NCBI RefSeq assembly: GCF_032191835.1
Contig: NC_083231.1
Coordinates: 36,890,001 to 36,954,000, forward strand
From: Heteronotia binoei
Lineage: Eukaryota
DNA: 64,000 bases
Direction of reading: 5' to 3'
The notes beneath the pieces were generated by a model that saw only the letters and a list, made by a program, of their open reading frames with translations, had not been told where the DNA came from and did no database searches. Positions 37,406 to 51,062 of this stretch are shown one piece after another (the first letter of the stretch is position 1; each line of letters begins with the position of its first letter). The position numbers and the translations under genes are program-made.

Positions 37406-38029
37406 GGAACTGGAATGTTGCTTGCTTTCCTCCAGGTGACCTGACTGCCAAATGTGCAAAGTTTCCCACTGTGGCTATGTCACTAGAAATTCTGGTTTAC
37501 TCTGAGAGGGGAAAGATTAACATTAATTAAAATGGCTGTACAAATGTGATAACTGGGTTTTTACAAGATCTGGGGCACATATAAATTAATATTTGAAGAC
37601 TATTTTGAACAGTAATTTCCCCTTTAGCTGGCCTATAAAAATCAGTTAAAAATGGGCCAAGTGCTGTTTGTAAAAAACCCCACCCCACTCTGATGTTCCA
37701 GAACAATGAGTTAAGGAACAACTTTGGTAGCAGTCAGAATTACATGTGGAAAATTTATGTCACATGGCACCCTCTAGTCATGGAGGAAATGTTTTATTTA
37801 CTTTTCTCTAAAAATATTTTATTGGTAGTTTTTGATCCCTGAACTAGAATTCCAGTAATCTGGTCATTGTTTTATTGATGACAATTCTTATGGAATTGTC
37901 CACAAGAAAAAATATTTACAAACACTACTTCACAGCCATCCTGATGCCCACCTATAAGGCCTTTGTTCTGGTCTCCCTTTTTCCTAATGGGCTTATGGGA
38001 ACCCTAGTTGTTAGATCCATCCACACTAA

Positions 38030-38290
38030 GACCGTTTTCGCACACAGCTTACCTCGCAGTCACAATCCTGTTCCCTCCTCAGCGTCTGGTAGGATTTCCC
38101 ATCTGTGCCAAGTTACAGGAAGTGCTGCAGCTTTTGCGAAGCAAGCGTAAACCACTAAAACCCAGGTTACATTTGCTACACAAAAGCCGCAGCACTTCCT
38201 GTAACTCCGGCGCAGATAGTGGGAAATCCAACAGACGCTGCGGAGGGAACAGGATTGTGACTGCGAGGTAAGCTGTGTGCGAAAACAGTC
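38030..38290. mobile_element. PIF/Harbinger-type foldback MITE, 261 bp
   Basis: GACCGTTTTCGCACACAGCTTACC...GGTAAGCTGTGTGCGAAAACAGTC; arms ~115 bp; TAA on both sides (3-bp TSD). Confidence 0.8.
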
Positions 38291-39242
38291 TAACACTTTG
38301 TGGTTTTTAATTCTGTGCAGAAACATGTAAAACGCCAGATTGCACAAAGGTCCAACCAGTTCATAGAGGACCAAATTTCCTAGGTCATTAGCACCTGACA
38401 GCACTCTCCACCACTGGACAGGCTGGTATCTATCATAACCTGAATTTAGGAGGGTTTTGTAAAGGAAACTCTGCTGATAGGTTCAAACAGAGAGACCACC
38501 AGGATCTTAACTCCTGTTGGAAGTATCATCTACAGTTGGTTTTCTACATGATTAGCCCCTGAAGAGTCCAGCAGTAGGCTCAATAGCCTCAAATACAGAT
38601 ACATTTAGGGAACTAAATCTATGGTATTATTTTTTTTGAATGGTAAAGAATAGTGAATTGGTCCTTGTGTACCTTTGCTTTTTGACAACGGCACCTTTTT
38701 AACTGCTCTTGCGATGGTCTGTGGTTGTGTTGCCCCAGATCTGGTTTAAAAAATGAAGCTAGCCATCTACTAAGAAACCGCTGGCATCAAGTCTCTGTGT
38801 TGATCTCCACAATCACTGGATTGGGTCTAAACATGAAGCTGAGAGCACAGGTTGGTTGCACTGCCAGTTTCACTGATTTATTCATAATGGTCTGGCTTTT
38901 CCAAGGTCTGTAATAACTGTTCTATGACTATGAAAGCAACAGGGGGGTGTTCCTAAGTCTCTGATAAAGGTTCTCTGTGTAAAAAAAGAACTGGTATCCA
39001 TAGGGGTTTTCCTGTCCTCTTTTCTGAAGGGAAGGGCTTTTTTGTTGTATTTGGAAAATGTCTTTAATAAATGAGAAATGGTTTTGAAAATTTCACCCTC
39101 TAAAGACAAATGACATTCGGAAAGGCCTTTCTTACAATCCTGAGTTTCTATTAAAATGTCTTTAAGTGATCATTCAAAAAGCTTATATTCAAAGTAAGGA
39201 AGCAGTAGTGAAGTTTGCCTTGAAGAAAAGGTCCAATGCCCC

Positions 39243-39428
39243 TAGGGTTGCCAGCCTCCAGGTGGGACATGAGGAACCCCTGGAATTACACCTCATCTCC
39301 AGATATCAGTTTCCCTGGAGAAAATGGATGCTTTGGAGAGTGTACTCTATGGCATTGTACCCCACCTGATCTCTCCAGGTTCCATCCCCAAATCTCCAGG
39401 AGTTTCCCAACTTGGATCTGGCAACCCA
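39243..39428 (+). mobile_element. Short hAT MITE, TAGGGTTGCCA family (related copies at ~11730-11925, 27700-27900, 32330-32512, 50530-50763)
   Basis: TAGGGTTGCCAGCCTCCAGG...CTGGCAACCCA; shared TTCCCTGGAGAAAATGG core. Confidence 0.72.
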
Positions 39429-39843
39429 ACTGCCCAGTGTTGAAGACAGAGTATGGATTAGATCCAGTGCAAGGCTGGGTGGACTGCAGTGTGGGGGCAA
39501 GAGGCCAAAATCACTTTCTTTTGTCTCTTGTGTGACCAGAGTTCTGCTGATGTAAGAGACAGAAGGAGGTCATTTCACATCCTTCATTCTCCTCACTGCA
39601 GCCTTGCAATGCTCATGGGCTATCATTGTACATTGGTCCTGAAATCCTGGGTCCTGAAATTTTCTTGACATTAGAAATGGCTGCTGGAGGGGAGGAAGAC
39701 CTGTAGCCATCCCCATCAGTACTGTTTGCAAGTAAATTGCAGGATCTAAGACACTGTAGTACATAAGTACATCTGTTACTAAAGATCTATATGAGCATGG
39801 GAAGGCCTCTGTGGAAGAGTATGGAATGATCCATGGCACTTTA

Positions 39844-40020
39844 GAGAACATAAGAAGATCCCTGCTGGATCAGAACAGTGGTCCATCAAGTCCAGCATCC
39901 TGTCTTACACAGTGGCCAACCAGTTATTATGAAAGGCCAATAATAGGGCATAGAGGCCAAGGTCTTTCCCGGATGTTTCATTCTGGCACCGGTAGAGGTT
40001 TACTGTCTTTGAATGTAGTC
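39844..40020 (-). mobile_element. CR1 3' terminal fragment
   Basis: GAACATAAGAAGATCCCTGCTGGATCAG...GTCCAGCATCC, similar to the 67-bp unit. Confidence 0.6.
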
Positions 40021-40429
40021 CCATGGTCACAGATAGACCTATCCTCCACAAATCACCTTTTAATCACCTTTTAAAGCCATCTGTTACTATGGCTATTAAT
40101 ACATCACCCCCTGGCAGTGAATCTGGCAGTCATTATTACATCCTCTGACCCTTACTACATCTTCTGGCATTTTAATCACTCACTGAGTAGAGGTCACGTG
40201 CTCAAAGGATCAAGGGACTTGTAAATATAGAGTTGGCTGTAGATGCCCTGATTGCAAGGACTGTAGCTTTGTGGTCCACCAAAGTACAGACTGTACCTCA
40301 GTGGTCACTGGACATCTCCTGTCCATCCTTGGACATTACTGCTTTAGAAGTTATGGCATCCACTGTGATATTCATTAGTAGGAGACTGATGTAAAGCTTG
40401 TTTGCTGAATCACAAGATTTCTCTTTGTT

Positions 40430-40706
40430 GCCAGTTTGGTGTAGTGGTTGAGTGTGTGGACTCTTATCTGGGAGAACCGGGTTTGATTCCCCACTCCTCC
40501 ACTTGCACCTGCTGGAATGGCCTTGGGTTAGCCATAGCTCTGGCAGAGCTTGTCCTTGAAAGGGCAGCTGCTGTGAGAGCCCTCTCAGCCCTACCCACCT
40601 CACAGAGTGTCTGTTGTGGGGGGGAGAAGATATGGGAGATTGTAAGCCGCTCTGAGTCTCTGATTCAGAGAGAAGGGTGGGGTATAAATCTGCAGTTCTT
40701 CTTCTC
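40430..40706 (+). mobile_element. Squam3-like SINE, full length
   Basis: GCCAGTTTGGTGTAGTGGTT...GGGTTTGATTCCCC A/B boxes; TTCTTCTT tail. Confidence 0.88.
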
Positions 40707-42364
40707 TTTGAAACAGCTTGTGCCATTCCCTATCTAGAATCCCCCCTCACACGCACACCAAAAGGGAGGAAATAGTGGATATGAGGTTAATGATGCTGGA
40801 AAAAACTTCTGGAACCCTTGGAAAGCTTCCTGTAATATCAGTTCAGCCATTTTCTTGTATTAGCTGCCCTTCCTCCAACTGAAGATTCATACTGAGATAG
40901 TAACTGCTTTACTGTGGATTTCGTTGTGTTCTAGGATCCAAGCACTTTTTCCTTTTCAGCCCAGTGTGTGCAAGTGGGATGGTTCTAGATGTTTTTCCTT
41001 TGTATATACCTCCCTCATTCCCTGAGAATGCAATGTTTCCCAAGCTGGTGTATCATGGACATTTTAATTGTAAGACTTTTTTGGGAGCTAACTGGACTGA
41101 AATGAGGGTTATAAATATATCAAATAAACACTTATGGACTCTAAAAGGGTAGTTTTTCTGTTTTGTTATGTTTGTTTATTTGAGCTCTTTAACTTGTGAC
41201 TTCTATTGATTATTGTTGGTTTTAGGTTTTGGTTGATTTTAATTGTTTATTGATTTTGCTGGATGTCACCTCAGGCATCTATATGGAGAGACTGCAAATA
41301 GGCACCCCAAATAAATAAAGTCTTCCAGCAACAAGTCCTGTCTTTTGAAACACCCTTTTATTTTTCTCATGTGGATTGTAGAACCAGTACTGGCTCCTCT
41401 CATAGTGATTTACAGGACAAAATTCAGTTTTTAATATTACCCTGCATCTTTTCTACAGGCCTTGTCCAATAACTTCCTGAAGGATCCCCTTTAAATTTGA
41501 ATCAGGACTTTAATATATAGCAAAAAGAGCTAAGGGAATTTGTCCTGTCACCACCAACTAGTTGAATGGTGCCATATTCACAGGAGATATTTCTATTAGC
41601 AAAATAAATATGGTCTATAATAGCCTTTTCTTCCCCTCTTTTAAAAATCCCTGCCTATAAAACTTGCATTCTGGGACATTGTTGTTTGGGGAACAAGAAT
41701 ACAGTCTGATTTTGGCTTTAAGCCTCCCCCTACCCAAGAGAGGAGGAAGTATTTTTTTTAACTGAGATTTGGGTTTGAGGGAATGTAAGTACGGCATTTC
41801 TTCTCATGCTTCCAGAAATCTCAAAACCTAGGATTTTGGGTTGTGTTTATTTTTTAGCATAATTAAATAATATTTTTGAAAAATCTATATCTTTGTTCTG
41901 TATCAATTTTTATTAATATTTGCATTTCTCCTAATAGTTTTAAATATTATACAAGGTTGCTCCAGGGCAAATTAGATTTCTTAAATTAATTGCTTTAATT
42001 TGAATGTTATTTTGGGTGTTTGTCTCACATGTATATATGAAGCATTTTGTACTGATTGTTATGGCTTGTGGCTGAGATAATAAAATGAACTGTATGGAAA
42101 GAATTGAATTGCTTTTTTTGTTTTAACAAGGCCTGATATACAGTAGATACTATGCCCGGGAAATATTTTACAACTCACAATTGCATTCAGAGCAGTTCTT
42201 ATCTGCATTTGTGCAACTTAAGAGTCGCCTTCTTTCTTTGCTATCTCACTTTCCACTTCATCCATTTCTGCTTGTTAGTAAACCAGGCACCTTGTGCTAA
42301 GTTAGAACTGGATGAAGATGCCTGGGATCAATAATGCTGCTGGCTATACCCTGCTGCAATATCT

Positions 42365-42649
42365 AGAAGAAGAAGAAGACTGCAGATTTATACCCCACCC
42401 TTCTCTCTGAATCAGAGACTCAGAGAAGTTCACAATCTCCTATATCTTCTTCCCCCACAACAGACACCCTGTGAGGTAGGTGGGGCTGAGAGGACTCTCA
42501 CAGCAGCTGCCCTTTCAAGGACAACTCCTGTGATTTGCTATGGCTGACCCAAGGCCATTCCAGCAGCTGTAAGTGGAGGAGTGGGGAATCAAACCCAGTT
42601 CTCCCAGGTAAGAGTCCACATACTTAACCACTACACCAAACTGGCTCTC
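42365..42649 (-). mobile_element. Squam3-like SINE, full length
   Basis: Reverse complement of the 40430 family; (CTT)n tail. Confidence 0.88.
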
Positions 42650-43454
42650 ATCGACAAGTCTAGCCAGCTATTGGCATAGCCATGAAAAATATAGGGTAGA
42701 TGCTCCAGAAAGTTCTGCATTTCCTTTGGTACTATGCGTCTCTGGGAGCATACTATCGCAATGGTTCACCATAGAGTCATGATATGAATGTTTTTATGTC
42801 TTCCACCATTACATAGCTCCAGAATCCAGCCCAGCTTCAGTGTTGACAGACCTCATTCTCTTCCTCAGCTGAATAGCTCTGCCTGCTTCCTGCCCATACA
42901 GTAAATGCAGAGAAAGCTCATGGAAAACATGGTATTATTTACTTTCAAGACTGGCCTTTTGTTCCTCTGTGACTAAGCTAGTACCTTGCCAGAGGCAGAA
43001 CTGCACATAGGTTTGTAAAGCATTAAAGTAAAATGTTTCCTAAAATGGAGGCACACATAGAGGGGGGGGGAATCATACCCATTAAAATATTTCCTCAGTA
43101 AATTATCTGGCTTATATGCAGATACTTGAATGCACCAAAACCCTTAGGCTTAAATATCCAACAAAGCACAATGGGTCCTTTCAAAAGTCCAGGAGCAAAT
43201 AGCAAAATCAAGTAGCAAACCCCACCTTCTCCTTGGTTCTCAAAAATGATTCCTCTTCCACTTTGAGGTAAACAGTGGCTTTGCTGAATACTTTTCACAG
43301 AACTGCAGCAGAGTCTACAAGGAAGCCCCACAATACCTTTTCATTCCTGGCCATTCTACTGCATCTTTTTTATTAGTACAGTCTGTGACTGACAAAGAGG
43401 AAGATGATTTTTACTTTGAGCTTATTATGTATTATAACACTGTTTTGTAGTGTG

Positions 43455-43671
43455 GTGTGGTGTGGAAAGTACCATCAAGTCACAGCTGACTTATGGCAGT
43501 CCTGCAGAGTTTTCAAGGCTAGAGATGTTCAGAGGTGGTTTGCCATTACCTGGCTCCATGTCGTGACCCTGATATTCCTCAGACATCTCCCATCTGAATA
43601 CAAGTCAGGGCCAGCTCTGCTTAGCTTCCAAGATCTGAGGCGACTAGGGTAGCCTGGGCTATCCAGGTCAG
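43455..43671 (-). mobile_element. 5S-derived SINE, near full length
   Basis: 5S-like head plus the tail CCATAAGTCAGCTGTGACTTGATGG on the minus strand. Confidence 0.8.
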
Positions 43672-43804
43672 GAGACTGTGAGCCTGGGTTGTTTTAGGGA
43701 TTGTCTCTTCCCTCAACACATGGTGGATTTAGATTACCATAGTGGTTACAATTATCACACAGAAGAGCTTGATGGTTTGGAGATTTGATCCCATGTTGAC
43801 TGGC

Positions 43805-44078
43805 TGTTTGGTATAGTGGTTAAGTGCGTGGACTCTTATCTGGGAGAACCGGATTTGATTCCCCACTCCTCTACTTGCACCTGCTGGAATGGCCTTGGGT
43901 TAGCCATAGCTATCACAGGAGTTGTCCTTGAAAGGGCAGCTTCTGTGAGAGCCCCCCCAGCCCCACCCACTTCACAGGGTGTCTGTTGTGGGGGGAGAAG
44001 ATATAGGAGATTGTACGCTGCTCTGAGTCTCTGATTCAGAGAGAAGGGAGGGGTATAAATCTGCAGTCTTCTTCTTCT
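43805..44078 (+). mobile_element. Squam3-like SINE, full length
   Basis: Highly similar to 40430-40706. Confidence 0.88.
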
Positions 44079-44964
44079 GTTTGCAGAAAAAGTCAGGTAA
44101 CATTTTATAACTACTTCTGCATGAGGGTAGCAGCTGGGACAGCCACTTCAGCTGTCCTCACAGACTGTCTGGCACCCTAGGCAAGGCTAACTTCTAGAAC
44201 CCACTCCCACTTTGCACTGATAATGTCACCAAATCACATAGGGGTGCCCAGTTCGGTACCCCCAGATGGCCAGCGTCCTAGGCAATCGCCTACTTTGCCT
44301 AGTGGCAGGGCCAGCCCTGCTCACAGATTCATTACCCTATATCTGGGGTCTTGTTAATAAATTGGCAATACTGATAAACAGAAACTAAGCTATGCCTCTT
44401 ATATAAATTATATTTTTCCCATCACAGATTTCCATCCTTCTTTCTCAAACTTATTTGCCAAGTTTGGAAGGCTGGTAAGTGGCAGGGTGGGCTACAGGGC
44501 AAATGAGAGGCCTCCTCCTTTGAAATAAAAACAGTACATCTCTCCTTCCCTCCCCCACATGTGGGCACCTGTGTGTGGAATAACATTTCTAGCAAGCATT
44601 TTCAATTCTGAAGCAAGGAGGATAACATTTTACAATGCAGAGTTTACGCAGGTCACAACTATTATCCTGAAACCTGCCAATGATGTCCTGCGCACTGCTG
44701 GCTTTCTTCAGCTATTTAGCATCCAGCGCAGGCATTTCCATGCTGGCCACAAGTGTGGAGCAACAGATAACTTGGAATAATGCAAACTCTGTGAGTTCTG
44801 TCACGGTGTGAAGGTCTCCTTGCGCTACTGCCCAGTGGACTAATAATACATTTAATTAAAACCTATACAGAACAGCTAGCTGAAGGAAAATGGCACATCA
44901 GGACACAGCTCAGACTGAAGAAAGAAGTACTTAATGTTTGGGGGAGTGGGGAGAAAAGTCGTAC

Positions 44965-45204
44965 CGTTCTGTAAGTGCGTCACTCGGTGTGCTTTTCACA
45001 GACAGCTCCTCTTCCAGCCTTTTCCTTTCTGTTTCCAGATGCTCCAATTCATCTTGAGTACGTTTACATGGGGTGACAAATTGAAGTTCTTTCAGAAGCT
45101 CTTCCTTTTCATTAATCAGCATCAGCTTTTCCTTCTCAATGTCCAAGGCCCCAGGCCAAGCTTCACTTTCTAACTTAGACAGTTCAATCTTAAGGTTGGC
45201 CATG
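44965..45204 (-). CDS. WWC2: WWC2 exon (~9), 240 nt, MANLKIELSKLESEAWPGALDIEKEKLMLINEKEELLKELQF...DALTE(R)
   Basis: Acceptor tattag|C, donor CG|gtacga; lies within ORF 44931-45341. Confidence 0.96.
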
Positions 45205-46344
45205 CTAATACAGAAGTGAACACACATTTCAAGAGAAAAAGAAATAGAGAGAAAATAGATGAACAATATGTACTTAGGTGTGCCAAAGAAATCCTGTTTG
45301 GGGAGGAGGGACATCGTGCAGCTTGCACCAATGCCACACAAAACAAAAAGAAGACAATATTCGGTTTGAATTTGGAATATAACGAAAACCAGTTTACACC
45401 ATAACCGTTCACCATCTTAAATGTTAGATCTGCTTATCCAGATATTTGATTTAGACTTCCTTGCCAGTCATGACAGTTGCCATTATCACATGATAACTAG
45501 GCCATGAGAATATTTCACTACACAGTGACTCTAGAAGTGTAACATCTATTTAATCATATCATAGATAAATAGATAATGTACAGAAACAAGGGTGCAGTTC
45601 CTGCTCTCTGAGTTCCTGTGAAGGAAGGACAATATAAAAAACTAATCTAAATCTGTTGTATAACTGTGGAATTTCCTTCCAAGAAAGATCCACCTCACCA
45701 GCTTTTTCTAGTAGGTAAAGACCTATTAGACAGGAGGCGCCTCTTGCTTTTCTTATTAGGCTGTTTTGGGGGTCTGATATATGGAAGCCTGTAGCATTTT
45801 TATAATGTTGTAATTTTTGATTATACAGAGCCATGAATATTATTTGTTTGTACTATTTTAAGTTTGCTATTTATATGGTACGTACTTTTCAGCTCACTAT
45901 TTTTGAGAGTGAAGTGGCTGGAACTTGTTGGAATAATAAAAAAACATGTTCTGTGCCCTCTGAGAGAGCCAAGAAAGGTAAAGGTCTCTGGACTTCTTAA
46001 ATATGCGCAAAAGTGTGACTTTGTAAATTAGCCAAAAGGAAAAAAAAAACCCTTAAAACCCAGCATGGTGAGTACTAGAAATGTTCCAGAAGGAACAAAA
46101 TGTTGGCAGCAGCTGAAAGTCAGTTAAAGGGACAAAAGGGAAATGGGAGAAATCAGACCTCTCATGCTATTGAGAGCTCAGAGAATGCTGGATAATGCTG
46201 CCCTCGCCCCAATTCCTCACAATTCCTTCTTGCTTGTAAGTAAAAGGGAAAGTTCTCTTAGCTATTTGATCCACAGTTAGTGCACTGGCTAGCAGCGAAA
46301 GCAAAACCTCTTGTTAAACACTGCTAATTTTTCAGGTTTATAAA

Positions 46345-46713
46345 CTGTTATGTTTCAAGATTATAAACTGTTATGTATTAAAGTTCATACTGCTGTTCTA
46401 GGCTCAAGCTTGAAGCTTGCTTCCATTACTCTCAGAATCCTTACATTCTGATTGGCTGTTCTTTTAGAATCAGCCAATCAGGATGCAAGGCATTTCTTAA
46501 AGGAAATGCAAATGAGAGCTCCTGGAGAGACCAATTGGAGGGATTACTGCCAACTAAAGAGTGTGTGTTAAACTCAGCCACGGTGAGTTTACATGGAGTT
46601 GAGTTGCCTGTATTGTTCGTGACTGTTCTTGTTTAATAAACTGTTACCACTTACCTACTTCGCAATATAAACCATTTCTTACCTACTTCGCAATATAAAT
46701 CATTTCTTCAACA
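46345..46713 (+). mobile_element. Possible solo LTR
   Basis: TGTTATG start and TCAACA end; CCAAT/ATTGG boxes, ATGCAAAT, AATAAA at 46635; no TSD found. Confidence 0.35.
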
Positions 46714-48029
46714 CGGTAAAAACCTAACGAAACGTTTAATAGGCCTGATTATCCATATGAAATCAGGAACAGGTATTCTGCAAAACACTGACTGCCCCAT
46801 TTCCTTGGGTCACAGACCAGGAGCAAAAACCTTGATTTAGCCTTAAAATCCTTTCCTCAGCTGAACAAAAGCTTCAAAGAACGTCCTACATCTCAGATTA
46901 TATTCTGTCATATGATGGTCTTCATTAAATAAAAAAATTTGCCCTACAATAACAATGGCAAAATCACTTTGGAGGAGGAAAAAAGAATTTAAATCCAAAA
47001 AAACTGCTGAGGAAATCAAATCGATTTATATATTTTAAGCGATATAGTTCCCTGTGACATCTGCATATGGGATATTCTGAAGAAAAACCAGATTGATAGC
47101 CTAAGACTGATAATGGAATGCAGAAGCTTTAATCTCTGGGTCACTGGTTCAAATTTATCCAGGCCTGGTATTATTTGAAAGCAGGCACTTTTGACAGCTG
47201 TTCAATGACTTACAAGATGAGATGGCGTTCTCACAGGGACTCCCTTTTTCTCTCTACAACACTTGACAGTTATCTGCTATCGTAATTGGCACCCTTGTTA
47301 GCCATCTCGTAAAAAGGACCCAGGATAACAAGGACAGGAACACTAAAATGTCCTCTTACCCTCTGAGTGCAACATTTCCTGCACAGTGTCAAGGCCCTTT
47401 ATAAACACTGCATTATCTCCCTCTCACACTGCACTTGTTCTCTGTGAATTAAGATTCCAGCCCACCTTGCAACGCACAGTTTGTCAACACCAATGTTCAT
47501 TTTTAAGGCCATGTTCTTTACCATCCAGAACTCTCTTTTTGGAGAGTGGGAAAAGTCAGTTGTGACAATGGAATCCTTTCCATACAAGCAGAAGGGTATT
47601 ATTTGAGGTGTCTCAAAACTTTACAGAAATTGTACCACAAACTTGTTAAAATGATAAGGGAGGGGAAAGGATGATTACTTTAAATCATACACTCTGCTGT
47701 GTGATATACTATAAACAGACCCTGATCTCAGTCAGCTTGACTTGCGGATCTCCCCAGAATCTCCCTGTCTCTTGCAAATCCTTCCTTGGACTATGCTGCA
47801 CTGTGATTTGGGGCTTGCTGTGTTATGACTTCCCTCCTATATTTCTCTCTCTTCTGCTTGTCCAAATATTGTTTTCTCCCCCTGTACTCTGGTGTTTTCT
47901 GTGTTACTCATACTTCGTAAATTGACTCAACCATGGTGCTGATGGGCAAGAAGAAATCCACATGTCTGAATATTCAAAACAGCTTTGCACACCAAGCTGT
48001 TTTGGGTGGGTAGTGGTGGCAAAAAGAGT

Positions 48030-48175
48030 AATTAAGTTGCAGCTGACTCATGGTGACCCTGCAGGGTTTTTAAGGCAAGAGGAAAAGAAAGGTGGTTTGC
48101 CACTGCCTGCCTCTGCATAGCAATCCTGACCTTCCTTAGTGGTCTCCCATCCAAGTACTAACCAGGACTTACCCT
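48030..48175 (-). mobile_element. 5S-derived SINE fragment
   Basis: GGTTAGTACTTGGATGGGAGACC...GAGGCAGGCAGTGGCAAACCACC on the minus strand. Confidence 0.75.
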
Positions 48176-48400
48176 GTGGGTTGCAGCCCAGTTTAAATGA
48201 GAAATGTGGGATGTGCAAAGTCACACCAGTAAGTTCTTCCTGCCTGCCAGCATCACGTGTAAATCAGGCCTAAGACACCAAGACAGAGATGGTGTCTTTT
48301 ATTATGGTATGCAGTGACCATCAAATTGATGTTTAACTAATGTGAAAGAGGGTTGTGTTAGTAGACTGTAGCCGTAATCCAGAGAGTTCCTATGGATGTT

Positions 48401-49020
48401 CATAAGAACACAAGAGAAACCATGTTGAATTGGGCCAATAACCCATTCAATCCTAAACACTGTGTCACACAGTGGCCAAAACCCAGGTGCCATCAGGAGG
48501 TCCACCAGTGGGGCCAGAACTCCAGAAACCCTCCCACTATGGCCCCCCAAGTATCAAAGATACAAAGCATCACTGCCCTAGACATAGTGTTTCATTTATA
48601 CCTTGTGGCTAATAGCCACTGATGGACCTCTGCTCCATACATTTATCTAATCCCCTCTTGAAGCTGTTTATGCTTCTAGCTGCCACCACTTCCTGCAGCA
48701 GTGAATTCCACATGTTACCTACTTTTTGTGTGAAGAAGTACTCATTTTATCTATTCTAAATCTACTGCTCATCAATTTCAGTGAGTGCCCACAAGTTCTC
48801 GTATTGTGAGAAAGGGAGAAAAGTACTGCTTTCTCTGCCTTCTCTATCCCATGCATAATTTTGCAAACCTTTATCATGTAGTCCCCAATCATCATTTCTC
48901 CAAGCTGAAGAGTTCTAACTGCTTTAACCTTTCTTCATAGGGAAAGTGTTCCATCCCCTTAATCATTTTGGTTGCTCTTTTTCTGCACCTTTTCCAATGC
49001 TATAATATTTTCTGTGAGGT
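48401..49020 (-). mobile_element. CR1 LINE 3' fragment
   Basis: Reverse complement encodes an [33 protein letters not shown]-like C-terminus; ends in a TTCTT(A/G)TG-type tail. Confidence 0.88.
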
Positions 49021-50988
49021 GCTCCATCACCCAGGAGTTCCCCAACCTGAAGCTGGCAACCCTACCCCCACCCCACCTCTTGCTGATGGCCAGGGGGATT
49101 TGACATCTCTACTTCTGGGCCACTTCTCCCAGCTCTCTTGCACTTCCATCCTCTTTGATATTGGTCTTTATCTTCTTCATGGTCATATACTTGGTGTGTA
49201 CATTGGTCAGCTGCTTGTGCCCAATGTTGACATCTGGTTCCCTGGACTGTGGCCTAGGATGGCTTCACAAGTTATATACTGACAACATGGCAAGTTCTAT
49301 ACAAGTGGCATCCTTGTCTAAAAACATTAAACAGAAGACAGGCAAATACCTACAATCAGAAACTGAGGTGACTTTATTACATTTATATTCAGGTTTTGGA
49401 CAAAGGGGTGACTTGAATTAGAACTCCATTATTAGTTTGTAATGTGGAAACAGGTCATTTCAGCAGCAGGAAACTAGGAGTAAGATGTCCCTTAGGATAT
49501 GCTCGGCTGTACAGGGACAAGGCTCAGTATCGAATGCAGTTACATGTCAAGAATTCTGTCACAGCTGGGAAAACCTTATAGTCAGATGGTATTTATTATG
49601 CCCACAGATATCTCATGGAACTGGTAAGAATAAATTTTTATGAGGACTTTTTGTACCCCACAGTAGAATTATCTATAGGCTCTGAATAATCAAGTATGGA
49701 GAAAGCTGACACTTGGTTAAATTGCTTCATAAGGGCTGAAAATATTCATAGCAAACCTTCGCACCATTTTCCAGTTAAGAATCAGACTAACTTATTTGTT
49801 CAGTTTGTAAGTAGTGCTGTGTAATACTGTATGTCAGTGTGACAGTTTTTCTTTCATTATTTCAAGAACAGTTTTACAAATAAAAATGATTTTTACTAAA
49901 AGCAATGCAATTTCAAGATATATTTTGGGACTGGGGGCATCATAATGATAAATAGTTCTTACCAAACAAAAAACAAAGAACTGCAATTATAAGATTCTCA
50001 AACCACTTACGCTAGATTTAGGGTTATTCCATACTAATGTTAAATAGATTAAGGATTGGGAAGCAAAATTACAAAGAATTACCGTTAAGGCATTGATCTG
50101 AAAAGTGCAATCCTATGTAGAGGAACTCTGGTCTAATCCTACTGAAATCAATGGGTTTATACTGGCGGAATACTGCATAAGAATTGCACTGTTAATTGTC
50201 AGTTTTGAAGTGCAGAATTAATGTTCCTCTTACTATGAGTTCAAGAAACTGATATGTAAAACAGAGTTTACAAATAAATTTCTGACTTTCTAACCTGACA
50301 TTTTAGTTAAGTTCACCAATGAAGAGCTGTGAAATTAGTTCATTTCTGCTGAGCTCACTGAACAAACTGTGTATAGTTATATGGTTTGAATACAACCATT
50401 TTTTCCACTGGTGAAAAGGGGTGGATGAGGGGAGGGGTCTCCTCTGACCAGCAAAAAAATGGTGTTGGGGATCCAGGCAGCTTTATGGACAAAGCCATGT
50501 GAGACAGGGCAGCAGTAAGGAAGAGAGAAGTCAGCTGGATTCAACCAACCTAGAGCCAACTCTGCATTGGGAAATTTCTAGAGATTTGGGGGCAGAGCTG
50601 CCTGGAGAGGGAAGGGTTTAGGGAGGCGAGGGGCCTCAATAGGGAATCATGCCATAATGCCCACTTTCCAAAGCTGCCACTTGTTCCAGAACTCCAGAGA
50701 ATAGTTTGGAGATCAGTTGTAATTCTGAAAGATCACTAGGCCCCTATCTAGAGATTGGCAGCCTTGGTCCAATCCCAGGTTTTCAGTACTCACAAAACAG
50801 TGCAATGTTTAAAATTTACGTAGTCTGAAAAAGATATGTTCAGCAGTCTTTTCATTTGAAAAGAATGTTCCATGATCTTTCCACAGATGCATCCAGTAGA
50901 TGTCACTGCATGCCTGAAATCAGCTGCAAGGCTACATAAACTCAAGATTTCAATCCACACTTTACAAAGAAATGAACCCTGTCATTAC

Positions 50989-51062
50989 CTTCTTTTGGCT
51001 TCTTCATATTGAAGACTCAGCCTGACCTTTTCGGCTAAATTGGACCTATTTCTGACACCAAC
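50989..51062 (-). CDS. WWC2: WWC2 exon (~8), 74 nt, VGVRNRSNLAEKVRLSLQYEEAKR(S)
   Basis: Acceptor caacag|G, donor AG|gtaatg; phase 0 to 2. Confidence 0.95.

Noticed and set aside
40430-40510. tRNA genes at the SINE heads
   Set aside because: A/B-box-like motifs are present, but there is no complete cloverleaf and the sequence continues into the SINE body.
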